58,165 bases of DNA from a virus (Duplodnaviria; Caudoviricetes): positions 1 through 58,165 of the IMG/VR virus record IMGVR_UViG_3300031669_000034, one strand, 5' to 3'. Every line of letters starts with the position of its first letter. Within the stretch, counting starts at the first letter, position 1. The position numbers were made by a program, and so were the translations under genes. Below, piece by piece: positions 1 to 9,766 of the stretch. The notes under the pieces were generated by a model. It did not search any database and was not told the DNA's origin. It saw only the letters and a program-made list of their open reading frames with translations.

Positions 1-126
1 CAACTCAAAATCACTCTATTGGATCAAGCAACTAGAAATTTGACTCCAATTACATATACTGATAATATTGATGATCTGGTGAAACTATTTTCTAGTGCAG
101 AAGAGAAACGAAAACTTTTAGAATAA
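1..126 (+). CDS. C-terminal end of a type II DNA topoisomerase B subunit (GyrB/ParE/T4 gp60-like), 5'-truncated by the window
   Basis: Frame 1 reads QLKITLLDQATRNLTPITYTDNIDDLVKLFSSAEEKRKLLE*, resembling the GyrB C-terminal QLxETTMDPxTRxL...RK pattern; the A subunit lies 2.3 kb downstream. Confidence 0.6.
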   Translation, partial: QLKITLLDQATRNLTPITYTDNIDDLVKLFSSAEEKRKLLE

Positions 127-216
127 CAAGGAGTATTATGAACTTACGAAATTATCATGATGGGGAATTAAGATAAAGAAAATTAAAACTATAATTAAAC
201 AGAAAAGGATATAGTT

Positions 217-1083
217 ATGCATAGACAAGAACGAGTTATAGTGGAACCAGTCAAATCGAGATATGAGGTAAAAACAACTTCATCACCAAGATTTAAAAAT
301 TATTCTGAATTACCAACTTCAAATCTCATTAAGAATATTATGAAGTTAGGAAACTCAAGTTTATCATTGAATTGCACAGAACTACTTCCGATAAATACAA
401 GATTTTATACAAAGATCAGAAACGAAAATATCTTTGTAACTGAACACCCTCCAGTTGAAAGAACGATAAGAGTTGAAGTCTATTTTTATCGAAAGAAAAA
501 GGAATTTGAAAAGTTTTGTATCCAACAAAAAGATGAAAAATATCTAACTGATTATGTTCCATTAACAAAGAACGCAAAAGGAGATTATCGACAATATACT
601 TTTAATTTGGTAATGCCATATGTCGTATTTGTTTCCATGATAAATCCCCATGATAGGCGTTTTTCTTGTTTTCTATTTTTCAGAAACGCTCCTTTAAAGA
701 AACTTTCCGATACTCTTTTTAAAGCTCCATTTTATAATATAACGGATAGTCAGAAAGCATGTATTTATGCCAGAAAATTAGATTATGATTCTCTGTATTC
801 ATTACCTATACCTCAAATGGTGGAAGAATTATTTGATATTTTCTGGGCTTCTCCTTTTAACTCAGATTATGATGGAAACATGCGTTCATATTCTAAAAAC
901 CGTTCTATTAGTAATTATTTTATGTGGGAATATTTTTCTAAAACTGATCCACTTTCAATCTTAAAAACAAACTGGATTAAATATACATCTTTAGAAAAAT
1001 TCATATCTTTTATTTTGAGCAGATTTACTGGTATAACTACCTCTGACGCAAATTTTTCAGATCTTCGGAAGGCGTTTCTGTGA
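217..1083 (+). CDS. Prokaryotic E2-like protein (Prok-E2 family D / PRTRC protein B-like)
   Basis: FNLVMPYVVF...LFKAPFYNITDSQKACIY...FWASPFNSDY resembles the E2_D pattern LxxAPFxN...C...FWxSxF; clear paralog of the N-terminus of 12568..15174. Confidence 0.65.
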   Translation: MHRQERVIVEPVKSRYEVKTTSSPRFKNYSELPTSNLIKNIMKLGNSSLSLNCTELLPINTRFYTKIRNENIFVTEHPPVERTIRVEVYFYRKKKEFEKFCIQQKDEKYLTDYVPLTKNAKGDYRQYTFNLVMPYVVFVSMINPHDRRFSCFLFFRNAPLKKLSDTLFKAPFYNITDSQKACIYARKLDYDSLYSLPIPQMVEELFDIFWASPFNSDYDGNMRSYSKNRSISNYFMWEYFSKTDPLSILKTNWIKYTSLEKFISFILSRFTGITTSDANFSDLRKAFL

Positions 1084-1096
1084 AATAAGGATCTTA

Positions 1097-1264
1097 ATGA
1101 AAAAGAAAAAATATCGAAAGAATTGTCCTGAATGTTTGTATCAGATCCCAAAATCCGGTGCATGCCAGAAGAATCCAGAAAGACAAACATATAGTATCTG
1201 GACACTACCTACTGATTCGAAAGATCGTGAGTGGTGTCCAGATATGAAAAAGAGGAGAAAATGA
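1097..1264 (+). CDS. Small 4-Cys protein, 55 aa, not in the ORF track
   Basis: MKKKKYRKNCPECLYQIPKSGACQKNPERQTYSIWTLPTDSKDREWCPDMKKRRK; AAGGA upstream; stop overlaps the next ATG (ATGA). Confidence 0.6.
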   Translation: MKKKKYRKNCPECLYQIPKSGACQKNPERQTYSIWTLPTDSKDREWCPDMKKRRK

Positions 1265-1581
1265 ACAAGTGGGAAGAAGTTAAACGGTATGTAAATAGTA
1301 AAGAAATAGGAACTGTAATAACTCGAAAAGATCTTATGAACCTTATATATAATGGACCGCATCCTCCCACTTCTTCATATGGAACTACCGTTGATAATTA
1401 TAGACGATGTTTAGTACTTTTGGGAATACTAGACCATACCAATATAGGTGAATACACATTACGTTATCGCATGAGAGAAGATCTAACAGTTGCCGAATTA
1501 AGAAGTCTAGCATACGGAGGATATAGAAGTTGGTTTAATGATGTGAAGATTACAGAAAGGGGAGAAAGAGAGAACATTTAA
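1261..1581 (+). CDS. Hypothetical protein
   Basis: ORF-track ORF re-started at ATG 1261 (MNKWEEV), preceded by AGGAG; coupled to both neighbours. Confidence 0.65.
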   Translation: MNKWEEVKRYVNSKEIGTVITRKDLMNLIYNGPHPPTSSYGTTVDNYRRCLVLLGILDHTNIGEYTLRYRMREDLTVAELRSLAYGGYRSWFNDVKITERGERENI

Positions 1582-1844
1582 TGCCATACATTTTAAAAGA
1601 AAAAAGAAAATCGTTTGATCCATATTTGGAAGTAATAGGACCGCATACAATTGCAGCAGGGGATTTAAACTATTGTATAACTCATTTATGTCATTCGTAT
1701 TTGAAAGCTCATGGCAAAAGCTATTCAGTTATGAATGATATTATTGGCGTACTTGAAGCAGCAAAGACGGAATTTTACAGAAGAATTATTGCGCCGTATG
1801 AGGATATCAAAATTCAAGACAATGGAGACATGGAAGTGTTATGA
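1581..1844 (+). CDS. Conserved small phage protein (MPYI...GxLNY...LExAKxEFYRR..PYEDxKI..NGD type)
   Basis: Recognisable widespread phage motif set; function unknown. Confidence 0.7.
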   Translation: MPYILKEKRKSFDPYLEVIGPHTIAAGDLNYCITHLCHSYLKAHGKSYSVMNDIIGVLEAAKTEFYRRIIAPYEDIKIQDNGDMEVL

Positions 1845-2011
1845 GAAGAAAAGTGTTAACTATTAATTGTCCATCATGCGACTATTTAGAGATTGGAGAT
1901 AATAGTGAATTTCTATGTCGTTGGGGAAAATCAAAAACTATTAAGGTCATGGGATCTCATAAAGGAAAAAGACCAAAAACTTGCAGATTGATAACGAGGA
2001 AAACGGAATGA
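1841..2011 (+). CDS. Small 4-Cys protein, 56 aa, not in the ORF track
   Basis: MRRKVLTINCPSCDYLEIGDNSEFLCRWGKSKTIKVMGSHKGKRPKTCRLITRKTE; ATGA overlaps at both ends. Confidence 0.6.
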   Translation: MRRKVLTINCPSCDYLEIGDNSEFLCRWGKSKTIKVMGSHKGKRPKTCRLITRKTE

Positions 2012-2400
2012 CACGAGGAGATTTTTATATTGGTCAGGGGCCTGAGTCAAATTGGATTGGAAGTATTACTCATGATGCATTTCCACAAAATATCCCATTG
2101 GATATTCTAATATGCATAAATCCAACATTGTATGAAGAATTGGTTGTTGAGTTTATTGAGAAGATGAACGGGATCATTAAAACTAATGGTCAAGGGTGGC
2201 CTTGGCCGTGGCACGACAGTAAGTTAACTGACTACTCTTATATCTTTGAACCAACAGTCGATAAAGTATTAGCATCACACCTTGGCGAAGATCTATTTGA
2301 TCCTATTGCTATTGTTCAAGGCGAAGATATGAACAATGCTATTACAGGATTTGGCCCGCCAATATTTAGAAATATGGTTAAGAGAAAAACAAATGGATAA
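2008..2400 (+). CDS. Hypothetical protein
   Basis: ORF re-started at ATG 2008 (MTRGDFYIG), after GAGG; contains GWPWPW. Confidence 0.65.
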   Translation: MTRGDFYIGQGPESNWIGSITHDAFPQNIPLDILICINPTLYEELVVEFIEKMNGIIKTNGQGWPWPWHDSKLTDYSYIFEPTVDKVLASHLGEDLFDPIAIVQGEDMNNAITGFGPPIFRNMVKRKTNG

Positions 2401-3700
2401 AACGTTACCAAAACTATATAAAGACTACGGAGAATACTCCAACTGGAGAAATTTCCCATGTTCAATTGATGGATTAAAACCAGTTGAGCGTAGAGTCTTA
2501 TTATCAGCATATAAGATTTCTAGAAACAAACTGGTTAAATCAAGACAAGTTGATGCATATACTACTGGTCATTATCATCCTCATGGAGATTGTTATGGCA
2601 CAGTTGTTCAATTGGTTCGTCAGGGATTTCTCACCGGTCAAGGAAATTTCGGTACAAATATTGGAGTTGAGCCTGTTGGCCCAGCTGCCCCTAGATATAC
2701 TGAATGTAAAATAAATCAAAGAACAATAGATTTAGCATTTAAATATGTCCAGTATTCGCAATGGGTTGATACAGAATTAGGTGATACGGAACCTATTTAT
2801 CTCCCAGCGATGTATCCAATATGTCTTATGGGTACCGAGTATACTCAGGGCATAGGATTTGGGTATAAAACTTACATCCCATGCTATAAACCAGAAGATC
2901 TCTATAAAAGACTTCAATGGTTGCTAGGAATAAGAAAACGAAAACCGATAATTGCTCCAATTACAGATTGCATAATAACTTCCACACCCGAAGTTTTAGA
3001 TGAATTATTAACAACCGGAAAGGCAAAAATAGATGTCGAAGGTATAATTGAAGTCAATCCCAGAAATAATACTGTGGAGTTGAAATCTTGGCCTCCCGGA
3101 AAAAGGTTTGAATCATTTTTGAATAAGTTTCAAAAGGAATTATCGGAAAACCTTATCGGATTTTCAGATCTATCAGTCACGGAAACTAAGATTGTATTCC
3201 AGATCATGCGAGAAAGAAACCGAGATAAGATATTTAGTGACTTCGTTGAAAAGCTACAAGATGTTCTTAAAGGAAGCATTTCATTTGAAATAAATACAGT
3301 TGATCTTAACCAGACAGTTGTAGTAAGTTCAATTGATGATATGTTATTAAATACTTATAATATGTTTACTGCAACAAACGACAAGATGTTAAAGGATGAA
3401 ATTGCGAAAATAAGTGATGAGATCCAATGGCTCAGCGCAATTGAATTGATGATTCCCATATTGAGTAACTGTCTCAAAAATGGATATGACGTCGAAACAT
3501 CTCTGGATACAATTGAGAAAGAAACTCCAGTAAGCAGGAAAGTTGCTGAAGAAGTTATAAATAAATACAAGATAAAAAAGCTTCTGACATTCGACACAGA
3601 CAATACAAAATTAAAAGAGAATAAAACTGAATTAGAAAATCACCATAAGAATCTAACTGGTTTTGTACTCGAACAATATGGGGGAATGCAATATGTATAG
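2393..3700 (+). CDS. Type II DNA topoisomerase subunit A (GyrA/ParC/T4 gp52-like, no C-terminal pinwheel)
   Basis: DGLKPVERRVL, YHPHGD, GQGNFG, AAPRYTE (catalytic Tyr); start re-assigned to ATG 2393. Confidence 0.92.
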   Translation: MDKTLPKLYKDYGEYSNWRNFPCSIDGLKPVERRVLLSAYKISRNKLVKSRQVDAYTTGHYHPHGDCYGTVVQLVRQGFLTGQGNFGTNIGVEPVGPAAPRYTECKINQRTIDLAFKYVQYSQWVDTELGDTEPIYLPAMYPICLMGTEYTQGIGFGYKTYIPCYKPEDLYKRLQWLLGIRKRKPIIAPITDCIITSTPEVLDELLTTGKAKIDVEGIIEVNPRNNTVELKSWPPGKRFESFLNKFQKELSENLIGFSDLSVTETKIVFQIMRERNRDKIFSDFVEKLQDVLKGSISFEINTVDLNQTVVVSSIDDMLLNTYNMFTATNDKMLKDEIAKISDEIQWLSAIELMIPILSNCLKNGYDVETSLDTIEKETPVSRKVAEEVINKYKIKKLLTFDTDNTKLKENKTELENHHKNLTGFVLEQYGGMQYV

Positions 3701-4118
3701 ACTATCAAAACAATTCACATTTGCTATGGGGCATAGACTTAGTTGCCATCAAGGGGCATGTAAAAATCTTCATGGTCACAACTATACAGTTGAGGTTGGA
3801 ATTAAAAGCGGGACGTTAAATAAAGATGGAATGCTCATGGATTTCTCAAATCTAAAAGCGGTGGTTGAAGGATTTCTAGGTTATATGGATCATGCTTTAA
3901 TGGTTAATGAGACAGATGGAGATTTGATCAAGAAGATGCAAGAAATCATTCCTAGTTTGAAAATTATCGAAACTCCTTTTGAACCGACAGCCGAAAATAT
4001 GGCCGAAGAAATATATAAGCATGTTGGCGATGTATTGACTAAGTCATATTCTGTACGAATGGATTATGTAACCATATGGGAAACTGATACATCCTGTGCC
4101 ACGTATAGTGAGGATTAA
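3693..4118 (+). CDS. queD: 6-carboxy-5,6,7,8-tetrahydropterin synthase (QueD/PTPS)
   Basis: FAMGHRL, CKNLHGHNY, DFSNLK, DH, PTAENMA, WET motifs. Confidence 0.92.
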   Translation: MYRLSKQFTFAMGHRLSCHQGACKNLHGHNYTVEVGIKSGTLNKDGMLMDFSNLKAVVEGFLGYMDHALMVNETDGDLIKKMQEIIPSLKIIETPFEPTAENMAEEIYKHVGDVLTKSYSVRMDYVTIWETDTSCATYSED

Positions 4119-4121
4119 TTC

Positions 4122-5528
4122 ATGTTAGAACTGATACAACGCTCTGGTCTTTTGATATCGAAAGAGCACCAGTATAAAGAATTCTATATAAAGATAAAGG
4201 AGTTCCTAGAGCGAAGATCCATGGCGTATGACAGGTCTAATTACACAATCAATACATTCTATATTGAGTCGGAGAAGTATCTCCTTATTCCGAGGTACTT
4301 CCCGATTCAACAATATTTGTTTGATTATACTATTAAGAACCATCAGCATAATGGAGCTCCAATTGAAATTGAGCATAATATCACACCGAGAAGTAAATCC
4401 CAGGAAAAAGCAATCAAGTATATGATGGATCATGAAAACGGGATTATCCAATTAGCTCCAGGTGTAGGAAAAACGGTTATCTCAATTTATATGATTGCTG
4501 AAAGAAAAGTAAAAACTTTGATATTGGTTCATAGAGATCCTTTAGCATTACAATGGAGAAATAGGATAGAATCATTTACAAATCTCAATGAAGATTCAAT
4601 TGGAAGATTAACTTCGGCAAATTTTAAAGAAGAATTAAAGAAACCGATTATTATTTCAATGAATCAAACTATCCTCTCATTATTAAAAAGGAAAAGAGAA
4701 GAGTTTCTCTATGCTCTTCATGATGCTAATATCGGATGTTTTATTGCAGATGAAGTCCATACAACAGTTGGGGCGCCAACATTCTCAGAATGTTCAATTC
4801 ATATTCCAGCCAAATATACATATGGATTAAGTGCAACTCCATATCGTTATGATGGAAATGGAGACATTATTGAATTTCATCTTGGAGAGATATTTATAGA
4901 CGATGATCTTGAAGGAACAATGAAACCAAAAGTCACCGTTTTGCTTTTAGATTATGAAATAGATACACCACGCAGACACACCTATGTCCACTGGGGAGGG
5001 TCTTTTCAACGAGCAAGATACCTGAATCTAATGAAAAAATCAAATCCGTTTCTGCGCGGTCTGAGGGGGTTATTGACCAAATTTCGAGTGGATAGAAATG
5101 TGTTGTGTATGATAGAAAGAGTCAAATTAATTGAAGATATGCACAATTGGATGCCATCAAAAAGTAAAGGAATGTTCTGTGGAGCAGGACCTAAACTTGA
5201 AGAACTTGATAAGCAAATAACATTCTCAACACCCGGAAAAGGAAGAGATGGAATTGATGCTCCTTGGAAAGATTGTTTGATAATGACATCTCCAATTTCT
5301 AATATTGAACAGCTAGCAGGAAGAGTTCTGCGATCAAAAGATGGAAAGAAAGAACCAATTGTTATTGATATGGTTGATTTCGGTTCTCGAGATATTTCAA
5401 GAACGTTTTTTAGTCGTCAGAAATTCTATGATGATAAAGGTTGGTGTGTTCAATATTTATTATTAAAGGACAATAAAATAAATAATATTGATCGACAAGT
5501 AACTATGAGTATTTTGGAGGGGGAATGA
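4122..5528 (+). CDS. Superfamily 2 DEAD/DEAH-box helicase (UvsW-like)
   Basis: Walker A APGVGKT, DEVH, GLSATP, GIDAP, QLAGRVLR. Confidence 0.9.
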   Translation: MLELIQRSGLLISKEHQYKEFYIKIKEFLERRSMAYDRSNYTINTFYIESEKYLLIPRYFPIQQYLFDYTIKNHQHNGAPIEIEHNITPRSKSQEKAIKYMMDHENGIIQLAPGVGKTVISIYMIAERKVKTLILVHRDPLALQWRNRIESFTNLNEDSIGRLTSANFKEELKKPIIISMNQTILSLLKRKREEFLYALHDANIGCFIADEVHTTVGAPTFSECSIHIPAKYTYGLSATPYRYDGNGDIIEFHLGEIFIDDDLEGTMKPKVTVLLLDYEIDTPRRHTYVHWGGSFQRARYLNLMKKSNPFLRGLRGLLTKFRVDRNVLCMIERVKLIEDMHNWMPSKSKGMFCGAGPKLEELDKQITFSTPGKGRDGIDAPWKDCLIMTSPISNIEQLAGRVLRSKDGKKEPIVIDMVDFGSRDISRTFFSRQKFYDDKGWCVQYLLLKDNKINNIDRQVTMSILEGE

Positions 5529-5908
5529 AGATTAAAACTGATTTTGTAACAAATAGTAGTACAACATCATTTGTGGTTATAGGAAATAGAATTAATATAA
5601 AAGATATAGAAATATCAACTGATATTATAGGCAAGATAACTAATGATAGATCCGAATTTCAGGAAGAACTAGAAAATCCAGGTTACGAATACTTTGACAT
5701 TTTGCTTCATGGTACAGCTTTAGAATTTTCATTTGGTGAAAATGATAGTCCGTATCATGATGTGATGGTTGGTATTTCATATTTAAATATGAAAGATGAA
5801 GAAACGTTGGGGCAATTTAAATCAAGAGTTAAACAACTAATTAAAGACTCTTTCAATATTGAATGTGAACCACCATATCATATTGAAGAAGCTTGGAGAG
5901 ATGGATAA
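5525..5908 (+). CDS. MKIKxDFVTNSSS-family protein 1
   Basis: N-terminus MKIKTDFVTNSSTTSF, shared with three other ORFs in the window. Confidence 0.75.
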   Translation: MKIKTDFVTNSSTTSFVVIGNRINIKDIEISTDIIGKITNDRSEFQEELENPGYEYFDILLHGTALEFSFGENDSPYHDVMVGISYLNMKDEETLGQFKSRVKQLIKDSFNIECEPPYHIEEAWRDG

Positions 5909-5910
5909 TT

Positions 5911-6258
5911 ATGAAAGTAAAAACTGATTTTGTGACCAATAGTTCATCAACTGCATATATCATTCAGAATACAAGTGATTCCAATAAAACTCTAGTTGAT
6001 TTTGTAAAAGAGAATCCAGACCTTATTGATATGTTTGTAAAACAATATGATTGGTATCTTGGTGACCCAAAATTTAGTCAAGAAAAATTGATTAAATCAG
6101 CTCGTCAAAACAATATTAAATTTAAGGCAGGTTCATCAATTTATTGTGTATTCGGAGATGAACAAGGGACACTTGTTGGTCACGTGTTCGATTATATCTT
6201 AAGATCGGGAGGAAGCTCTAAAAATTTTAACTGGAGATTCTCTGAATACCTGAGATAA
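5911..6258 (+). CDS. MKIKxDFVTNSSS-family protein 2
   Basis: Start re-assigned to ATG 5911: MKVKTDFVTNSSSTAY. Confidence 0.75.
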   Translation: MKVKTDFVTNSSSTAYIIQNTSDSNKTLVDFVKENPDLIDMFVKQYDWYLGDPKFSQEKLIKSARQNNIKFKAGSSIYCVFGDEQGTLVGHVFDYILRSGGSSKNFNWRFSEYLR

Positions 6259-6261
6259 AAC

Positions 6262-6333
6262 ATGAAAATTAAATCTGACTTTATAATCTTAAAGAAAGGA
6301 GCCGAAGATGTTACTACAGAAGATCAACAATAA
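6262..6333 (+). pseudogene. Truncated fifth MKIKxDF copy (23 aa)
   Basis: MKIKSDFIILKKGAEDVTTEDQQ*; the first 8 codons match the family, then run into the RBS of the pilin-like gene. Confidence 0.45.
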
Positions 6334-6544
6334 GATAGGGGGATTCACATTAATTGAACTAATGGTTGTTATTATAATAATTGGTATATTGGCACTTATT
6401 GCAATTCCAGTGTTTATGACTTTTATTCAAAATTCTCATGATAACGAAATAAAATATGATAGTCCAGCATCAGATCCGAATGAAGCTGATCCGGTCGGGT
6501 CTAAACCAATAGAAGAAAAAGAAAGCGGGGGAGACAAACTATGA
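6308..6544 (+). CDS. Short type IV pilin-like protein with class III signal peptide
   Basis: G|FTLIELMVVIIIIGILALIAIP prepilin cleavage/methylation motif with E5, G14 and P22; acidic low-complexity tail. Confidence 0.85.
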   Translation: MLLQKINNKIGGFTLIELMVVIIIIGILALIAIPVFMTFIQNSHDNEIKYDSPASDPNEADPVGSKPIEEKESGGDKL

Positions 6545-7575
6545 AATTTGCTTTTATTGCCGATATTCATTTATCCAAATATGCGCAAGATAAGCGTGAA
6601 GAAACAAGTAATTTACCAGAGCGATTGCATAGTATTAAGTCAGCTTTATATGAAGTAGCTGATTATTGTAAGCGAAACAATATTCATGTAATGATCATCG
6701 GTGGAGATATCCTTCATGGTAAATCTATTATCTATGCAATCGCTCAGGATATTATGTTACAATTCTTTGAAGATTTTAATAATGCAATCCAATTTTATGT
6801 TATCGACGGTAATCATGACTTATCTGGCAAAGGTGAAGATGTAGTATCTGCTCTACGTCCATTAGCTAATATACATGGAGTTGAGTGGATTAACCATACA
6901 AACAAACACAGAGTGATACAACCTGAAGGAATAATGTTTATTCCATATTCACATGATGTTGCCCAAGATGTTAAAAGTGCAAAATCAAGAATATTAATCT
7001 CACATTTCGGATTAAGTGAAGGAGTTTTAAACTCCGGAATGAGTATCATTCAAGATATATCTGTAAAGGATCTGATTGGAAAATATGAACTAGTCCTCCT
7101 TGGCCACTATCATAAACCTCAGTATATAAACCGTAGTGATATTCAACTGTATTATGTCGGGTCATTAATTCAATTAAATTGGGGCGAGAAGGGGGAAGAA
7201 AAAAGATTTTTGGTTGTTGAAACGGATACGCTTAAAGTTGATAGTATCCCAATAACTCAATATCGAAAACACATTGAAATTGAAATAACTCCCGATACAA
7301 AAGCAGCAGCTATCCTACAAGCGCAACAGGCAATAGATGGCGGAGATCATGTTAAGATAGTCATGAAAGAAACTGTCGATATGACGGACTATAAAGGCAA
7401 GTTCAACATAGTTGACAAAACTGAAAAGGATATAACAGATCGAGGAATCTCAAGCTCAATGTCTATGAGCGATATTCATACCCGTTATATGGAAATAAAA
7501 CAAATTCCAGAAGATCAAAGAGAACTTTATCTCAGAGAAGGTATGGAAATAATAAATGAATGTGAGGGCGAGTAA
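6541..7575 (+). CDS. sbcD: SbcD/Mre11-like nuclease (T4 gp47-like)
   Basis: ADIH, GGDILH, GNHD, SH and GHYH metallophosphoesterase motifs; adjacent to SbcC. Confidence 0.9.
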   Translation: MKFAFIADIHLSKYAQDKREETSNLPERLHSIKSALYEVADYCKRNNIHVMIIGGDILHGKSIIYAIAQDIMLQFFEDFNNAIQFYVIDGNHDLSGKGEDVVSALRPLANIHGVEWINHTNKHRVIQPEGIMFIPYSHDVAQDVKSAKSRILISHFGLSEGVLNSGMSIIQDISVKDLIGKYELVLLGHYHKPQYINRSDIQLYYVGSLIQLNWGEKGEEKRFLVVETDTLKVDSIPITQYRKHIEIEITPDTKAAAILQAQQAIDGGDHVKIVMKETVDMTDYKGKFNIVDKTEKDITDRGISSSMSMSDIHTRYMEIKQIPEDQRELYLREGMEIINECEGE

Positions 7576-7576
7576 T

Positions 7577-9766
7577 ATGAGAATAGCAGATTTCCAAGAA
7601 GTTGGAATGCAAAATTATGGACCTTATATCGAACCAATGGTACTTGAATTTAAACCTGATTCATTGGTTTTAATAACAGGCCCAAATGGAATTGGAAAAA
7701 CCATGGCCCTCGATGCAATTCCATTTACTCTATATGGAGTTACAAGTAAGGGGGCAAAAGGTGATGATGTGGTAAATAATGTAGTTGGGCGAAATTGTAA
7801 AACATGGGTCAAATTTACAATTGACGGAGTCCAATATATGGTTACACGTTATCATCAATATTCAAAACTCGGAAATACAGTAATTTTAAATGTTGGTGGT
7901 GTAGATACCAAACAAGGAGCTAAAGAAGTATTACCTGAAATTGAAAGAATCTTGTGTCCAAAAAAGACCTTCATGAATACTTTAATGTTTGGGCAAAAGG
8001 TTAAAGACTTCTTTACTGATCTCGGGGATGCTGATAAAAAAGAAATCTTTAGAATGATTTTAAATCTGGCTCTGTATTTGATGTATTATAAAAAGGCAGA
8101 TGAAAAGCTGAAAAAGATTAATATTGAACTGGACTCTTTAAATACAGAGGTTGGAATTCAAACTGGTTTATGGGAGAACTCTAAATCAGAAATCGAAATG
8201 CTACTTCAACAGCAAAAATATTTTAAATCGGAGAAAGAAACACAGCTGAAAGTTCTTCTTGAAGATCTTAAAATTAATGAAACTCTGCTTAAGCAATGGC
8301 AAAAGGATATTGAAGAAAGTCAATTAATTGATCTCAACACGGCAGGAGTAATTAAAGAAATATCTAATTTAGAATCTCAATTGAAAGAATCTCAATTTCA
8401 TAAAGAGTCAGAAATAAGAGACCTTACATCCAGAAAAGATCTTAAAGAAGCAGACATTAAAAGTCAAGTTGAAGTTGAAAAATCTAAAATAAAAGAAGAT
8501 ATAAGAAATACTTCTGATAATCTTAAACAGCAAGCGCAAAATCTAATAGATAAAATAACCGAGCTTGTTCAAATATCACAGGAGAAAAGACACCATGTTG
8601 AAATCTCAATCGAAAAACTCGAAGGAGAAAACAGATTTTATGAAGAACAAGCAACAGAAATCGACCAAAAAGTTATTCAAGCAGATACTAAACGATGTCC
8701 GCTGTGTAAGCAAACGGTTGATGGAGCTACTGCTAGACAATTACAGGAAACGATAGAAAAGTTCAAGAGTCAAATTGAAACCAATCAAATCTCTATGAAT
8801 GATATGACTCAAAGCATAAAGAGAATGAATAAAATCCTATTTACACAGAGTGAAGAGATAAATTCAGAACGAGATCATCTTATAAATCAAATTCAAGTTC
8901 TTGAATTGGATGAGAAAAAGAAACTCAAAGAGATTGATGTTCGCCTATATGATGCGCAAAAGAAATTGACTGAACTTCTTATTTCTGGGTCTAATGAGAT
9001 TGATAAAAAATATAAAGAGAAAGAAATGCAGTTAACAAGTAAAATTAATCATTTACTGAATGAAAAAGAAAAGATGGAAGAAGATCAAAATAAAATTAAT
9101 CAGATGAAACAGGCAATGGAAAAGGTTGTTGATCGTATTACTCAGTGCAAGATAAAAATTGATTTAAAGGAAAATGAGAAATATGATAAATCTCAACTCA
9201 ATTTCTATAAAAAGAAAGAATATGATCTTGGTGCAGAAATAGTTTCCCTTCAAAATAGGCAAGAAGAGGTTATGAAGAAGCATTATATCATTTCTTTCTG
9301 GAAAACAGGATATTCTTCATCTGGTATTCCATCAATGTTAATTGATGATTCTATTCCATTTATGAATGAACGAGTAGCATATTATCTTGAGAAATTAACA
9401 AATGGAAGATATATAGTTTCCTTTGATACTCTTGCAGAAACAAAAGCAGGAGATTTCAGAGATAAGATTTCTGTAAATGTTTTGGATACATTTACAAGAG
9501 CAAATTCTCGAGTCCAATTATCAGGCGGGCAAACGAGAATTATTGACATAGCAACAATTTTAACCCTCGGCGATCTTCAATCAAATATACACCACATTAA
9601 AATAAACATACTTATTTTCGATGAAGTCTTTGATAGTTTGGATGAGGAAAACATTGGATTTGTATCAAAGGTTTTGAATAAGTTAAAAGTTGGGAGATCG
9701 ATTTATTTAATTTCACATAGACACGAAGATCAGCTTGAAGCAGATGAGGTTTTAGCAATGGCATGA
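7577..9766 (+). CDS. sbcC: SbcC/Rad50-like SMC ATPase (T4 gp46-like)
   Basis: GPNGIGKT, coiled coils with CPLC zinc hook, LSGGQ signature, IFDEVFDSLD, ISH. Confidence 0.92.
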   Translation: MRIADFQEVGMQNYGPYIEPMVLEFKPDSLVLITGPNGIGKTMALDAIPFTLYGVTSKGAKGDDVVNNVVGRNCKTWVKFTIDGVQYMVTRYHQYSKLGNTVILNVGGVDTKQGAKEVLPEIERILCPKKTFMNTLMFGQKVKDFFTDLGDADKKEIFRMILNLALYLMYYKKADEKLKKINIELDSLNTEVGIQTGLWENSKSEIEMLLQQQKYFKSEKETQLKVLLEDLKINETLLKQWQKDIEESQLIDLNTAGVIKEISNLESQLKESQFHKESEIRDLTSRKDLKEADIKSQVEVEKSKIKEDIRNTSDNLKQQAQNLIDKITELVQISQEKRHHVEISIEKLEGENRFYEEQATEIDQKVIQADTKRCPLCKQTVDGATARQLQETIEKFKSQIETNQISMNDMTQSIKRMNKILFTQSEEINSERDHLINQIQVLELDEKKKLKEIDVRLYDAQKKLTELLISGSNEIDKKYKEKEMQLTSKINHLLNEKEKMEEDQNKINQMKQAMEKVVDRITQCKIKIDLKENEKYDKSQLNFYKKKEYDLGAEIVSLQNRQEEVMKKHYIISFWKTGYSSSGIPSMLIDDSIPFMNERVAYYLEKLTNGRYIVSFDTLAETKAGDFRDKISVNVLDTFTRANSRVQLSGGQTRIIDIATILTLGDLQSNIHHIKINILIFDEVFDSLDEENIGFVSKVLNKLKVGRSIYLISHRHEDQLEADEVLAMA

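Noticed and set aside
138-176. 12-codon ORF MNLRNYHDGELR with AAGGAG RBS
   Set aside because: Too short to support; may be a gene remnant and is not in frame with 217..1083
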